Assembly (NCBI RefSeq): GCF_009914755.1
Contig: NC_060938.1
DNA length: 64,000 nt
Origin: the human T2T-CHM13v2.0 reference genome, Homo sapiens
Strand: one strand, 5' to 3'
Both the position numbers and the translations under genes were made by a program. The notes below the pieces were generated by a model. That model searched no databases. It worked only from the letters and a program-made list of their open reading frames with translations, and was not told where the DNA came from. Below are positions 1 through 15,171 of the stretch, piece after piece. Positions within the stretch are counted from its first letter, which is position 1. The number at the start of each line of letters is the position of its first letter.

Positions 1-205
<205 letters not shown>

Positions 206-667
206 ATAAACAAATAAATGATAGTTAAGTTAACCTAGGCTATTTTTTTAAAAAAATTTTGGTTTCTATCCACCTTTTTCGTATAAATTGAGCCAGGTTA
301 CACCTTAGACCTATTAGATCAGAATCAGGCATCAGGATTGCTAAAGCTCCCCAGGGGACCCCAGTGTGTGGATGAGGTTGAGAATCATTGTTTTGGTCCA
401 GTCTTTCCATTTTAAAGTGAGGCAACTGGAGCTGAATAGGGAAATCGAGTCACTGAGGATCACCCAGCCAGGACCAGGGCCCAAGTTCCTATTCCCATTT
501 ACCGCTGATGGAGCTCACCGTGGTCATGAGTTCAGGACCTGGCTCTGTGTCTGGAGGAAGGTCTGGCCTCGAGTCAGCCCTTGTCCAGAATATCTGGCCA
601 GGTGACCCCCTCTCCATGCAGCCCAGGAGGCAGATGGTCAGCTCTATGATTGGAAGAATGTGAGTGA

Positions 668-1078
<411 letters not shown>

Positions 1079-2667
1079 TAGTGTTCTCGGGAGACCTTTG
1101 CCCACTCAAGTCTCCAGTCTCTCGGGGGAAGCAGTCAGTGTGAGAGAAGGAACACAGGGCCCCGAGCCAAGCCCTGCTCTGCGCCTCCCTCGCGGGCAAT
1201 GAGTCTTTGCATCAAACACTCAAAGTTTCTGAACTTCTGAGAAAACAAGTGTCTTGAGGTGAATCCTATAGCACAGCTGTCACCAGCCTGTGGTCATTTT
1301 GGAGGGTATGTGGCATAGGTTTGTCCCAGGGTCTCAGTTGTCCTCATCTGTAGAGTGGGGATAATAACAGCTGACCTTCCCTATCCCACACAGAGCGTTA
1401 TTGTGAGGAGTCTGATGGACCTGGATGAATTCTGAATAGGAGAAAGATGGGTACATGGATGCCCAAATGCAGGCTCACCCCCACCCCTCTCAGTAGCAGA
1501 AGACATGCATATGGGAGAAGCTGCATTTCCTCCCAGCCTCACTGTGCTCTAGGTGTCCAGCCCTCATTGTTAGGGGATGTCACTGTTGTACCTCTGGATA
1601 AACAGCTGCTCTCATGCCACCTTTGCCAGTTGTCCCTTCAGCTGGGCGAGCCCTTTCCAGGGCATGACTGCCCCAAGGAGGGCCAGAGGGGACTGGGCAA
1701 TAGCAGGGACATGGAGGGACGAGGCCCCAGATCAGCCACTTCCTCCTGCAAGGGAAGTCAAACCCTTTCTCTCATAAGTGTCAGGCTGGCTGCACGGTCC
1801 CTGGGCTGGCAGGGCAGGTTTCTTGGGGGCCCTAGCAGGAAGCACTCTTGCTTCCCAAGGTAAAGACAAGTTTCTTATCACTGGCGGTGGTTTTCTGGTT
1901 AGAGGCAGCAGGCAGCGGTTACAAACTTTGCCTAGAGCTCTGGGATCTGCAAGCCAGGGAGGGGGAGGCAGACGACAGAGCTAGAGTGAGCTCAGCAGAG
2001 CTTGCTTAGGGAGGAAGGACCCGCTGTCACTTCCCGAAAGCTGGGCCAGCCTCTAGGCGGGGAGAAGGTCAGAGTGGCCCTCCCTTCTGCCTCGGGGTTT
2101 GCCCAGGCTCTTCAGAGCACAGAATTTACAGTAAATGTTGTCACCAGTGGAAACTCTCAGAGGGGGCGAAGAAAAGGGCTAGAGGAAGGAGCCAGGACTC
2201 CCGGCCCCCAGTTCCCGTCTTACCAACACCCCCTAGTCTCATCGTGTTGCTTGATCTTACCTTTCGGTAAAGAGGGGATGCCCTCCTTCTGGGATGTGCC
2301 AGGAAATACCCAAATGGTAAAATGAATGAGCCGGCCACACCTTGCAGAAGGCAGGGCTGTGACTCCATCATCGTGGCTCTTGATAACTCCTCTGCCCCGT
2401 TTTAGAGGGGCTTCCTTTGTACTGACCTTGGCACACTTTCTAGCTCAGAGCCCCATTCAAGAAATGCCAGGTTGAGGCTGAGCATGCTTGTGTCTGTCCT
2501 TCACAGATGATGGAACCTGGCTTGATGAGCAAGGCCATGTTGGTATATGCTTCTCTGCCATTTAGAAAGACCCCCCCCAGGATGTGGGGTTTAAGATGAT
2601 TGACAGTATAACCGATTAACCTCATTAGCCTACAGCTCATGCACCTGATGGATTCGTTAGGGCAAAT

Positions 2668-3042
2668 TTTATTTTATTATTTTATTTTATTTTTTGAGAG
2701 AGGACCTCACTCCATCAGTGAGGCTGGAGTGCAGTGGCATGATCATGGCTCACTGCAGCCTCCAACCCCTGGTGCTCCATAGCTAATTTTCTTTTATTTT
2801 TATTATTGTAGATACTGGGTCTCAATAATGTTGCACAGGCTGGTCTTAAACTCCTGGGCTCTCAGGAGGTAGAGGTTGCAGTGAGCTGAGATCGCACCAT
2901 TGTACTCCAGCCTGGGAGACAGAGCAAGACTGTCTCAAAAAAAAAAACCCAAAAAACCAAAAAACTGCTGGGCTCAAGCGATCCTCTCACCTCGGCCTCC
3001 CAAAGTGCTGGGATTATAGGTGTGAGCCACTGCACCCAGCCT
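2668..3042 (-). mobile_element. Old Alu (AluJ-like) interrupted by a sense 5'-truncated Alu (about 2862-2961)
   Basis: Antisense Alu is broken at ...aaactcctgggctc and resumes after aaactgctgggctc (TSD). Confidence 0.8.
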
Positions 3043-3324
3043 ATTTAGGGCAAATTTTAAATGTCAAGTTATCTTACATCTGCTCACCACCCACCCTATT
3101 TTTGAGTTACCTTCTTCATTCCAGCAGATGATGTCATAAGTCTGTCAGTCAACAAACATCTGAGTTCATACTATGTGCCAGGCATTGAGCCAGGCATTAA
3201 CAAATAGGCATTTAATAAGTGCTTGAATAATTAAAACAAATTTAAAATAATATTTAACTAGTGCTTTCCAACTTGCCTGATCATTAGAATGACCTGTGGC
3301 ACTAGTTAAAAATCCAAATTTCAC

Positions 3325-3350
3325 TCCCTAGTAGTCTAGTGGCTAGGATT
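3325..3350 (+). pseudogene. tRNA-Glu 5' fragment retrocopy (nt 1-26)
   Basis: TCCCTAGTAGTCTAGTGGCTAGGATT matches the recalled tRNA-Glu 5' end TCCCTGGTGGTCTAGTGGCTAGGATT at 24/26; an A-run follows. Confidence 0.65.
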
Positions 3351-3383
3351 TAAAAAAAAAATTATTATTATTTTTTTAATTCA

Positions 3384-3695
<312 letters not shown>

Positions 3696-3896
3696 ATTCA
3701 GATCTGCAGACTTCACTCCGCAAATCCCAAAACCACTGATTCACATCCCTAGATTTTAGGATGGGCCTGAAATTCTATTCTTAACAAGCCTTCAAATTAA
3801 TTCTCATGATATGGCAAGTTTGGGAAATACTGACCTAATCCAAATAGATTTAGAAAGGTAAGACCTGGTCTCCAAATATCAGGTTGCCTTTTGAAC

Positions 3897-3927
<31 letters not shown>

Positions 3928-4103
3928 GCATCTCCAATGATATTTGCCTTTCCTCTGTGGTTACCAATGCTTAGCAGAGAAAGTCTGTTTGGTTGAGTCG
4001 AATAATGTAAACCTTAAAATTATACCGGAATTGCGATCTCCTGGGCTTTCTGAGGATGGGATTGCTTTTCCATAATTGCTAATTACCAGATTGCAGTTGT
4101 TGA

Positions 4104-4647
<544 letters not shown>

Positions 4648-4947
4648 CCATTTACTATTTATAAAGACCCTGAGCATTCTAGAATCTGGGTGCAGTAGAC
4701 AAGTATCCAGTGACTTTATTTGTAAGACGAAATGCAGACACCGGGAGCTTTTGGAAAACACGTGGCATAACACAGTGGAAAAGAGTGAAACTGGTGTAAG
4801 ACGTTCTCACAAACGACCTTCCATTTCCTTAGGCTCTGGCCTGCCAGCTGCTTTCCCTTGCTGTATTCCCGCCACCTCCCACCCACACACCCTCACAGAG
4901 ACCCCTACATGCATACACGCAGAGGAACACACTCACACACACCCCTC

Positions 4948-5340
<393 letters not shown>

Positions 5341-5574
5341 TCTATGTGTATACATGCACACCCACCCATGTGCTTACGTAAACGCGCCCATACACACCTA
5401 CAAACATATATACACTTGTGCACACATTCACACGTGCAGGAAAATTCTCTGGTGCCCTTCTCCATGGCTGTGCTAGTGAACAACTAATCTGGCCCCTCCT
5501 GTGTCCCTCCGCACCCCACCCACCTTGCCTCCTTCCTAGACACTAACCTCCGGTGCTGATCCCCACCCCTACAG

Positions 5575-5784
5575 GAGAGCGAAGACCTGGAGAAACAGAA
5601 CGCGGCTCTACGCAAGGAGATCAAGCAGCTCACAGAGGAACTGAAGTACTTCACGTCGGTGCTGAACAGCCACGAGCCCCTGTGCTCGGTGCTGGCCGCC
5701 AGCACGCCCTCGCCCCCCGAGGTGGTGTACAGCGCCCACGCATTCCACCAACCTCATGTCAGCTCCCCGCGCTTCCAGCCCTGA
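5575..5784 (+). CDS. BATF: BATF (AP-1 family bZIP transcription factor) terminal coding exon: leucine zipper and C-terminus
   Basis: Follows branch-point-like CACTAAC (5541-5547) and acceptor ctacag. Translates ESEDLEKQNAALRKEIKQLTEELKYFTSVLNSHEPLCSVLAASTPSPPEVVYSAHAFHQPHVSSPRFQP*, the last 69 aa of human BATF. Confidence 0.97.
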   Translation, partial: ESEDLEKQNAALRKEIKQLTEELKYFTSVLNSHEPLCSVLAASTPSPPEVVYSAHAFHQPHVSSPRFQP

Positions 5785-6085
5785 GCTTCCGATGCGGGGA
5801 GAGCAGAGCCTCGGGAGGGGCACACAGACTGTGGCAGAGCTGCGCCCATCCCGCAGAGGCCCCTGTCCACCTGGAGACCCGGAGACAGAGGCCTGGACAA
5901 GGAGTGAACACGGGAACTGTCACGACTGGAAGGGCGTGAGGCCTCCCAGCAGTGCCGCAGCGTTTCGAGGGGCGTGTGCTGGACCCCACCACTGTGGGTT
6001 GCAGGCCCAATGCAGAAGAGTATTAAGAAAGATGCTCAAGTCCCATGGCACAGAGCAAGGCGGGCAGGGAACGGTTATTTTTCTA

Positions 6086-6091
6086 AATAAA
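6086..6091 (+). terminator. BATF: BATF polyadenylation signal AATAAA (3'UTR about 5785-6110)
   Basis: AATAAA about 300 nt after the stop codon, preceded by a U-rich element and followed by pyrimidine-rich sequence. Confidence 0.85.
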
Positions 6092-6290
6092 TGCTTTAAA
6101 AGAAACCAGTCTGACAAGGCAGTTTCTCTCTTTCACCCTGTCCCTTGACACTCTAAATTCTGCGATGTTGGGACCTTCTTTGTTTTTTGGACTCTAGTAC
6201 CCTCAAAGAGCTCTAGGGACTCCACTAACAGCTCCTCTTTTCCATGGTTTATTGATGTACTTGGGAAGCTTTCAATTCCTTCTCTAGGTG

Positions 6291-6422
6291 TCTCCTTCTC
6301 CTTCTCCTTCTCCTTCTCCTTCTCCTCCTCCTTCTCCTCCTTCTCCTTCTCCTTCTCCTCCTCCTCCTCCTTTCTCCTCCTCCTCCTCTTCTCCCCCTTC
6401 TCCTCCTCCTCCTCCTTCTTCT
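6291..6422. repeat. (CTCCTT/CCT)n polypyrimidine tract derived from an Alu tail
   Basis: Pure C/T run abutting an antisense Alu and lying inside its TSD taggtgtct. Confidence 0.9.
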
Positions 6423-6704
6423 TGACAGAATTTCTCAGATCTTGGCTCAGGCTGGAGTGCAGTGGTATGATCTCCGCTCACTGCAACCTCCGACTCCCAG
6501 GTTCAAGAGACCCTCTTGCTTCAGCCTCCCTAGCAGCTGAGACTACAGGCACGCACCACTATGCCCAGCTAATTTTTTTATTTTTAGTAGAGACAAGGTT
6601 TCACCATGTTGGTCAGGCTGGTCTCGAACTCCTGGCCTGAAGTGATCCACCCGCCTGGGCCTCCAAAGTGCTGGGATTACAGGCATGAGTCACCATGCCC
6701 AGCC
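6423..6704 (-). mobile_element. Alu
   Basis: Antisense Alu dimer; TSD taggtgtct at 6285 and 6705. Confidence 0.9.
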
Positions 6705-8132
6705 TAGGTGTCTTCTGGATTGCCCTCCCATGCTCCCCTCACGGTGACCTCCCACCTTCCATTCTTCACTGCTTTCTAGACCATGAGCAGGTTGTCCCCT
6801 AGTCCGGGAGAAGGCCCAGTGCAGGATGGCCTCACCTGGTGAGGTGGTAAGTCAGGTTGACCTTCTCGTCTCCCACTCATGACTCCACTCACCCAGCCAA
6901 CTGGCTCCATCCTGACAGCCAAGTCTCCGGATGCTGCAACCAGGCCCTGTGCCAGGCTGCCCTTCACATGGAAGGCGGTGTCTTCCTAATGCTCTCAAGG
7001 GGCAACATGCAGCTTGGGTCCACAGGGACTTCTCTGCCAGTGGTGTACGTGTCCTGCTGAAGACTCCACCTCCCTTAGAAGGCGGTGATACAGAGCACAG
7101 GACCTGTCCTGTCCCCGCAGGGCTCCGCAGGCTGCCATTTGAGCACTTTGAGGGCTCAGGGAACACAGGGTCATCTTCAGTTTGGCAGAGCCTGAAACCA
7201 GCATGCTCCACCCCCCTGCTCTTCAGAGATCCCCAGGCCAAGTGCCTGCTGGCCTGCCTGACACAGCCTTACCCACACCACTGCCCACGAGCAAAGCCTG
7301 CAGCAGGGCCTGGCCACACACAACCCCTGCTGAGCCAGCTGGAGACAAAAGCAACGGAGATCATTGTGCCAGGCGCCCACCTGATTGAGCTCCTTCAGTA
7401 GCCACCCTCAGTCTCATCCATTTGTCCTTTAGAGGGACAGCCTCTGCCTGCTGCCTCCCCGGTGGCATCCCTCATGGGGTGACAGAAGGGAGGAGAAGTC
7501 CTGCTTCCCTGTGTCAGTGCCCCCTGAACCCGCTGGCCAACCACTCTGGCCGGTTTGAGGCCAAGTTTCAACTCTAGACCTCCCCTGTGTGTGTCTCTCC
7601 TGCCCCTCTCAGATGATGCCAGTGTTGGGCTATTGTGATTATTAAATGCCATAGAAGTTTGGATGAGCTGCATCCCAGCAGGTGGTGGGGTCACAGCCCC
7701 TTGGGAGGAGTCCAACCCAACAGCCTCTGATGGCACATTGCAATCTTTGGGGCTCTCACCAGAGAAGCTGGTGCCCATGGGAGCCTAGGATGTGGACACT
7801 GGGCTGAGCCCCGTAATTCAGAGCCTGGGAAGACAGCCCAGAAGACCTTCCCTGAGTGCTGGCATTTCTCCCAGCACAGAATCTTGCATTGTAACCTTTG
7901 GTCTCCCAACGAAACGTGGCAAAACAGGCTCCCCTTTCAGTGCAGAGCCTCCATGTGGACTGGGCAGATGTGTCATGAGGAGGAGCTTTCTTAATTTCCT
8001 TCAGAACCTGGATTTTGGTAGCTAACGCTCTGTCTAGCTCTTTCCCACCCCTCTGTTAACGAGAAGAGCAAAGAAGCCGATCTTCACTTCAGATGTTGCA
8101 GTCATAAAATATAATTCATTTTTCTTTCATAA

Positions 8133-8312
<180 letters not shown>

Positions 8313-8977
8313 TAAAGACGTAGAACTTTGAGTCCAGCTTTCTTTGCTACTATCTCTGCCAGGGCCTGGCCTCTTGTGGGCAGGCTTTCTTTGAATCAGA
8401 GATTTTCATCTCCACCCATGCTCTAGCACTGTGATTTTCCCCAGAAACCCCCACAGAAGGCACATGACTTCTGCCGGCATCTTCTGAATGACATTCAGGG
8501 CCAGAACTAGAAAAGCAGAGTTCACGTGCACGGTTCCCATCTCTCAGCAAGGACTTCTCTTCCCCTTTCATTCTCTACTTTCTACTGACCCCAGGCAGTT
8601 CCACTTCTCCTGTCTAGTCAGCCCGGTAGAGGTAGCAGGTAGCTGAGCCTGGAGCTGGTGCCAAGGCTGACTTCATGTCCATGCAGGCAAATTGGAGAGG
8701 CAGCCATGAATAGAAATTTGAACATCCGTAGCTTTAACCTTGGATGTTTCACCAACCAGGTTCTGTCCCAGCCTTCTACCCATGACAGGGATGGCTCCCT
8801 CAGGCTGGTGGGCCACTTGACCCACACTCAAACGCCTTCTACCCAGGCAGGCACTGTGAAAGCATGGGACCCACTGGATGTAGGGCAATTGGGAGTGGTG
8901 GAGAATGTGGCAAACTAAGGAGAGTGTGCAGCTGTCTGTCGTTCAGTTCTCTCCCATGGTGCCATGTGGGAATTTAG

Positions 8978-9629
<652 letters not shown>

Positions 9630-11029
9630 TAAATCAAGCTTACAAGTTGTTAACAAAACACATTCTTTTCTTCTTCCTTGACAAGGATACTTTCATCACA
9701 ACCTAAAAGGCCAAGTTTGAACTCAGAATTCTTAGACACTTCAAAATTTTATATTAGCACAAGGTAGTGAGAAAGAAGCAGTACCCGGACTGCAGCTTGC
9801 CGCTTTCTTGCCCTCCCCTGGTTCTTCCTGTACCACAGCAGCCTCCAGTTCATGCTGGCGGACATGCCAGCCTGGAAGACCAAATTCCGTCCACATTCAC
9901 CCCCACAGGACCCATCCCTTGGGTCCAGAGATGCACATACCAGTGGTCTGGTCCACACTCGGGAAGAAGTATCCAGGGAAGAGGCTTCAGCTCCTGGAAG
10001 CCAGCCCAGGGCCAGTTACTAAGGGGATTCTGGTGTCCTTGGAATGTTGGGCACAGTCTAAAGGGGGACACAGGGTTCTAGGTAGGTGTCTCCTTAGTTC
10101 TAAGGACTTTTTGCCCCAACAAGAGGAGCGTAGCAGGAGGAATGGCAGTGCTGGTCCCTGCATTGTCGGGAGTTCAGAGCAGAGACGTCTTTTGTCCAGG
10201 TCTGAAGGTGGCACTGCAGAGACCTGCCCATTTGCAACTCTGATCTAGGTCAGCAATATCTCCTGGAAAAGCCCAGGCTACAGGAAGGCCCTGTGTAGCA
10301 AGAAATGGACACAAGACAGCGTCGTCAACATCTGTCACATTGAAATGCGGGTTCCTGGAGAATGTTAGTTTCCCCACCTGCCATCCTCTGCATTTATCTC
10401 TTACTAGCAGTGTCATTCCCTGAGTGAGTGTCAGAGCAAATTACGAGAAAGCCAGATCTTCAGTCCTCAGGATGAGAAGTGTGGGTGGGGAGAGAAAGGG
10501 AGGCAAAGTCAACTCAAAGGTCACGAAGTTGCCGTCTGCTGGACCAAAACTTACCAGCAGTTTATTAATACCTCCAGCCGATGTTACAGTTGTGGCTTTA
10601 CGGGGAAGGAGGTGAGACTACTGGATGCCCCACTTCTCTTGGGGACAGATAGGCTATCTCTATTTCTCTTCCTTCTTCCCCACGGGTTCAGTGCTCCAAA
10701 GCTGCTTGGGAATTCCAAGGGGGAGAAAGGGCTAGTGAACTAAGATCAACACCAACGTAGTAAAGATTTAATACTCTTGTTTCTGCCAGAGGAGACTGTC
10801 ATTTTAAGAGACACCTAGGAGCTCAAGGCTATAGTGAGCTATGATTGCATCACTGCACTCCAACCTGGGCAACAAAGCGAGATGCAAAACCCTGTCTCTA
10901 AAACAAAAAAGAGAGATGCCTAGAGAAAGTAACACTTGACCCAAAGGAAAGAGTTTTTATGGTAGCATTTTAGGCTTTGTAGCAAGTGAGCAGAGGAGAT
11001 ATTTAATGGAATTCTTGCCATGGGAATGA

Positions 11030-11361
<332 letters not shown>

Positions 11362-11609
11362 AAAATCTTGTTTTTTAACCACCTGATATGTGATTTAATT
11401 TAATCACTTACAGGAAGATAAAATAAAAACCTGATCCTGGTTTGAACAATCTACTGGTAGGTAGAGATGAAGAGCTCCCTTTTAGAGGACTTCAATAGGA
11501 AAATTTGCACAAATACCTTTGCTACCCAGGAGGTTTCTTTGGCTTCCTCTGGAAGATTCCTGTAGACAGATTGCTGAGTTTGTCATTACACCTAGAAACC
11601 AAGGCTAGG

Positions 11610-12090
11610 AGGGGTAGCTGAGACTGATAATTGCCCTCCCAAAGCTATTCTTCCATTTTTCCTTACTACGGAACTCTTGTTTTGTCTAAGATGGCAATAT
11701 GCCTAGAGAAAAGATTACATATCCCAGATTCCTTTGATGTTTGGGATGGCCATATGGCACAGTTCTGGCCAAAGAGATATGCAAGAATTTGCTAGGTAAG
11801 ACTTTTATGGGAAAGCTCTTCAAAAGGTGGGGCTGTCTCAGTTGGCACATGCCTTTCTCCTCCTTTCTGTCTGGAAGGCAGATATGGTGTTAGAGGTGAA
11901 GCAACCGTGTACACAAAGGAGGAAGAGATTCTGCGTCCCTGGTAATACTGCAGAAGTGTGAAGATGATAGAAGCTCCAGCTGGCCCACCTCTAGACGGCT
12001 TCTAAGTGAAAGTGGAAAAGAGTTTATTTGGTTACATCACCTTGAGTTGGGTTTTCTAAGTGCAGCTTAACTCAATTCTGTCTAATGCAG
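11610..12090. mobile_element. Ancient ERVL/MaLR-type LTR (MLT1/LTR33-like)
   Basis: Degenerate motif atcccagattcc...ggccatatggcacagttctggccaaagagat. Confidence 0.45.
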
Positions 12091-12137
12091 GAGCCAATGG
12101 AACAACCAAATAAGGAATTTAAACAATTCCCCTAGCT

Positions 12138-12357
12138 CAGTGGTTCCTAACTGGGGGTGATCCTCCCCATTCCCCAAGATATTTGACAATGTCTGGAGAT
12201 ATTTTTAGTTGTTACAGCTTGGGAGAGAGGTACTAGTAACATCTAGTGGGAAGAGGCCAGAAATGTTGTTGCTAAGCATGCTGCAATGCACAGGGCACAC
12301 CCCACAAACAATAATCCAGCCCAAAACATCAGTAGTACAGAGGTGGAGCACCCCTGC
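12138..12357. mobile_element. MER20 hAT DNA transposon
   Basis: cagtggttc...gacaatgtctggagatattttt...ataatccagcccaaaa...cctg ends. Confidence 0.75.
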
Positions 12358-12584
12358 AGCTGGCCCTAGTGCTTCTAGGGCACCAGCCCATCAGGCCACC
12401 AACCTACCCTGACACGCTTGTCCATCCCTCTCTCAGAAACAAACCCTGTGTATTGACCAGGCTGAAAAAGCCACGTCCTTCACCGTATCTGGCACTTTCT
12501 TCTCTCTAAGCCTTTGCTCATGCATCATTTCCTCTGCCTAGAATCTCCCTCTCATCTTTTCAGGTGGGGACCATGACTCTTCAT

Positions 12585-13200
12585 TTTTTTTTTTTTTTTT
12601 TTTGAGATGGAGTCTTGCTCTTGTCACCCAGGCTGCAGTGCCGTGACGCAATCTTGGCTCTCGGCTCACTGCAACCTACACTTCACAGGTTCAAGTAATT
12701 CTCCTGCCTCAGTCTCCTGAGTAGTTGGGACTACAGGTGTCTGCCACCACACCCAGCTTTGCTTTGTGTTGGGAACATTCAAAATCCTCTCTTCTAGCTA
12801 TTTGAAAACATACAATAAGTTATTGTTAACTGTAGTCACCCATCAGTGCTAAGACACTAGGACTTATTCCTCTCATTTAGCTGTAATTTGGTATTCTTTA
12901 ACCATCCTCTCATTATTTCGCCCTCATCTCTGCCCTGCCTTTCCAGCCTCTAGTAACCACTATTCCACACTTTACTTCTATGAGTTCAACTTCTTTAGCT
13001 TCTGCATGTGAGTGAGAACATGTGGTGTTTATCTTTCTGTGTCTGGCTTATTTCACTTAACATAATGTCCTCCAGGCTCATCTATGTTGCTGCAAATGAC
13101 AGGATTTCATTCTTTTTTATGGCTAAATAATATCGCATTGTGTATATGTACCACATTTTATCTGTTCATCTGTTGGTGGATGCTTGGGTTGATTCCATAT
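12585..13200 (-). mobile_element. Alu right-arm fragment joined to an L1MA-like 3' fragment
   Basis: Alu text to about 12757, then L1 3' text (gtgagaacatgtggtgtttatctttctgtgtctggcttatttcacttaacataatg). Confidence 0.75.
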
Positions 13201-13239
13201 AGTACTTTGCATTGTTGCTTTTTAATGTGCATAGAAGAT

Positions 13240-14180
13240 AAGGAATACAGGAGTAAAAGAGTTTGGAGGCAAAAACTCAAACTGTGTTTTTCCTCTGCTC
13301 TCACACCACTCTGCAATCAACACAGATGACTTCTGTGACCAAATGTGGGGAGTTTTCCCCATACACCAAGCAAGCAATCAGTTCTGCAGCAGACACCAGC
13401 TGAGTATCCTCCAATTCAGTTCTGACACTGTCTGCCTGGAGATAGCATCAGCTCCTACAGGTTGAGAGCTCAATCCCACAAGACTCCAACCAACTTCAGA
13501 TGCCAGTCGCAAGTCCAGGCATCCAGAACTTCTGGCCACTGGCTTCAAGTTAGGTTCCCACGACCCTCTCTTTGGATTGGACAAATGTGCTAGAATGGCT
13601 CAAAGAACTCAGGGAAACACTTACATTTACTGGCTTATTATAAAGGATATTGCAAGGGATACAGATGAGATGCATAGGGTGAGGTACGGGGGAGGGGTGC
13701 AGAGCTTCCATTCCCTCCTTGGGTGTGTCATCCTCCAGGAATCTTCTTGTGTTCAGCTATTCAGAAACTCCCCAAACCATGTCCTCTTGAGCTTTTTATG
13801 GAGACTTCATTGGAGAGCCATGATTGACAATCATGTAGAAATGCAACTGGACAAAAAGGGTCCAATTACATGATCTAGTATGAGTCACATGATCTAATAC
13901 TAACAGGCTAAGCAGAGAAACCCAGCAAGACCTGTCTGTGCAGATTCTTTTTGGCCTCTCTGTGTAGCATTCCTTCCTTCAGGGTATGCAGCAGGACTGC
14001 TTCTGAAGTGAGGGTCTTATGACCACAATCAGAAAAGGGGAGGAAGATTAGGGTCCTGCTTTGCACTAGGGAAAGAAGGGCAGAGAAAAGTCAGAGATAA
14101 ATTTTGTTTTTTAAGGCCTGCCTCTGAGGACTGAAGTGCCCAACATTATTAAAAAAAAAAAAAAAGACTGTAACAAGGTG
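13240..14180. mobile_element. MER21-family LTR
   Basis: cagcagacaccagctgagtatcctccaattcagttctgacact...gaactcagggaaacacttac; homologous to the copy at about 61010. Confidence 0.65.
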
Positions 14181-14364
14181 TTATATCACAGAGATAAATA
14201 AGACCTCTGTGTTATCCAAACCCAAGATTGGCTGTACTCTTCTTTTGCTTAAAAAACATATATATTTAAATTAATAAAGCTTGGCAAATATAGAGTATAG
14301 ACACTGAAGTTTGGAGGCCTACAAGCATTCATGAAATTTCATCTTTTCATTTTCTCAATAAAGC

Positions 14365-14785
14365 ATCTCTCTCAATCCATTTGTGTTGCTATAAGAAAAT
14401 ACCTGAGATTGGGCAATTTATACATAAAAAAGATTTATTTGGCTCTATGGTTCTGCTGTCTGGAAAAAATCGGGCACCTGGTGAGGGCCTCAGGGTGCTT
14501 CCACTTGTGGTGGAGGTGAAGGGGAGCATGTGTGTGCAGAGATCACACAGTGAGAGAGGAAGCAAGAAAGAGCAAGATGGAAGGGGCTGGGCTCTTTTTA
14601 ACAATCAACTCTTGTGGGAACTAATAGAGTGAGAACTCACTCAACCCCCACCCCAGGGAGAACATTAATCTATTCATGAGGGGTCTACCCCATGACCAAA
14701 ACTCCTCCCATTAGCATCCCACCTCTGAGTTTGGGATCAAATTTCAACATGAGGTTTGGTGGGGTAAACATCCAAGCTATAGCAG
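14365..14785 (-). mobile_element. MST-family MaLR solo LTR
   Basis: ccatttgtgttgctataagaaaatacctgagattggg...aaatttcaacatgaggtttg...ctatagca. Confidence 0.75.
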
Positions 14786-14814
14786 CATCCATGTGTGGAA
14801 AGTTAAGAGCATCT

Positions 14815-15171
<357 letters not shown>

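Noticed and set aside
5553-5939. 128-aa ORF and other ORFs overlapping the BATF exon
   Set aside because: Wrong frames or antisense; the true frame starts at the splice acceptor (5575) and matches BATF.
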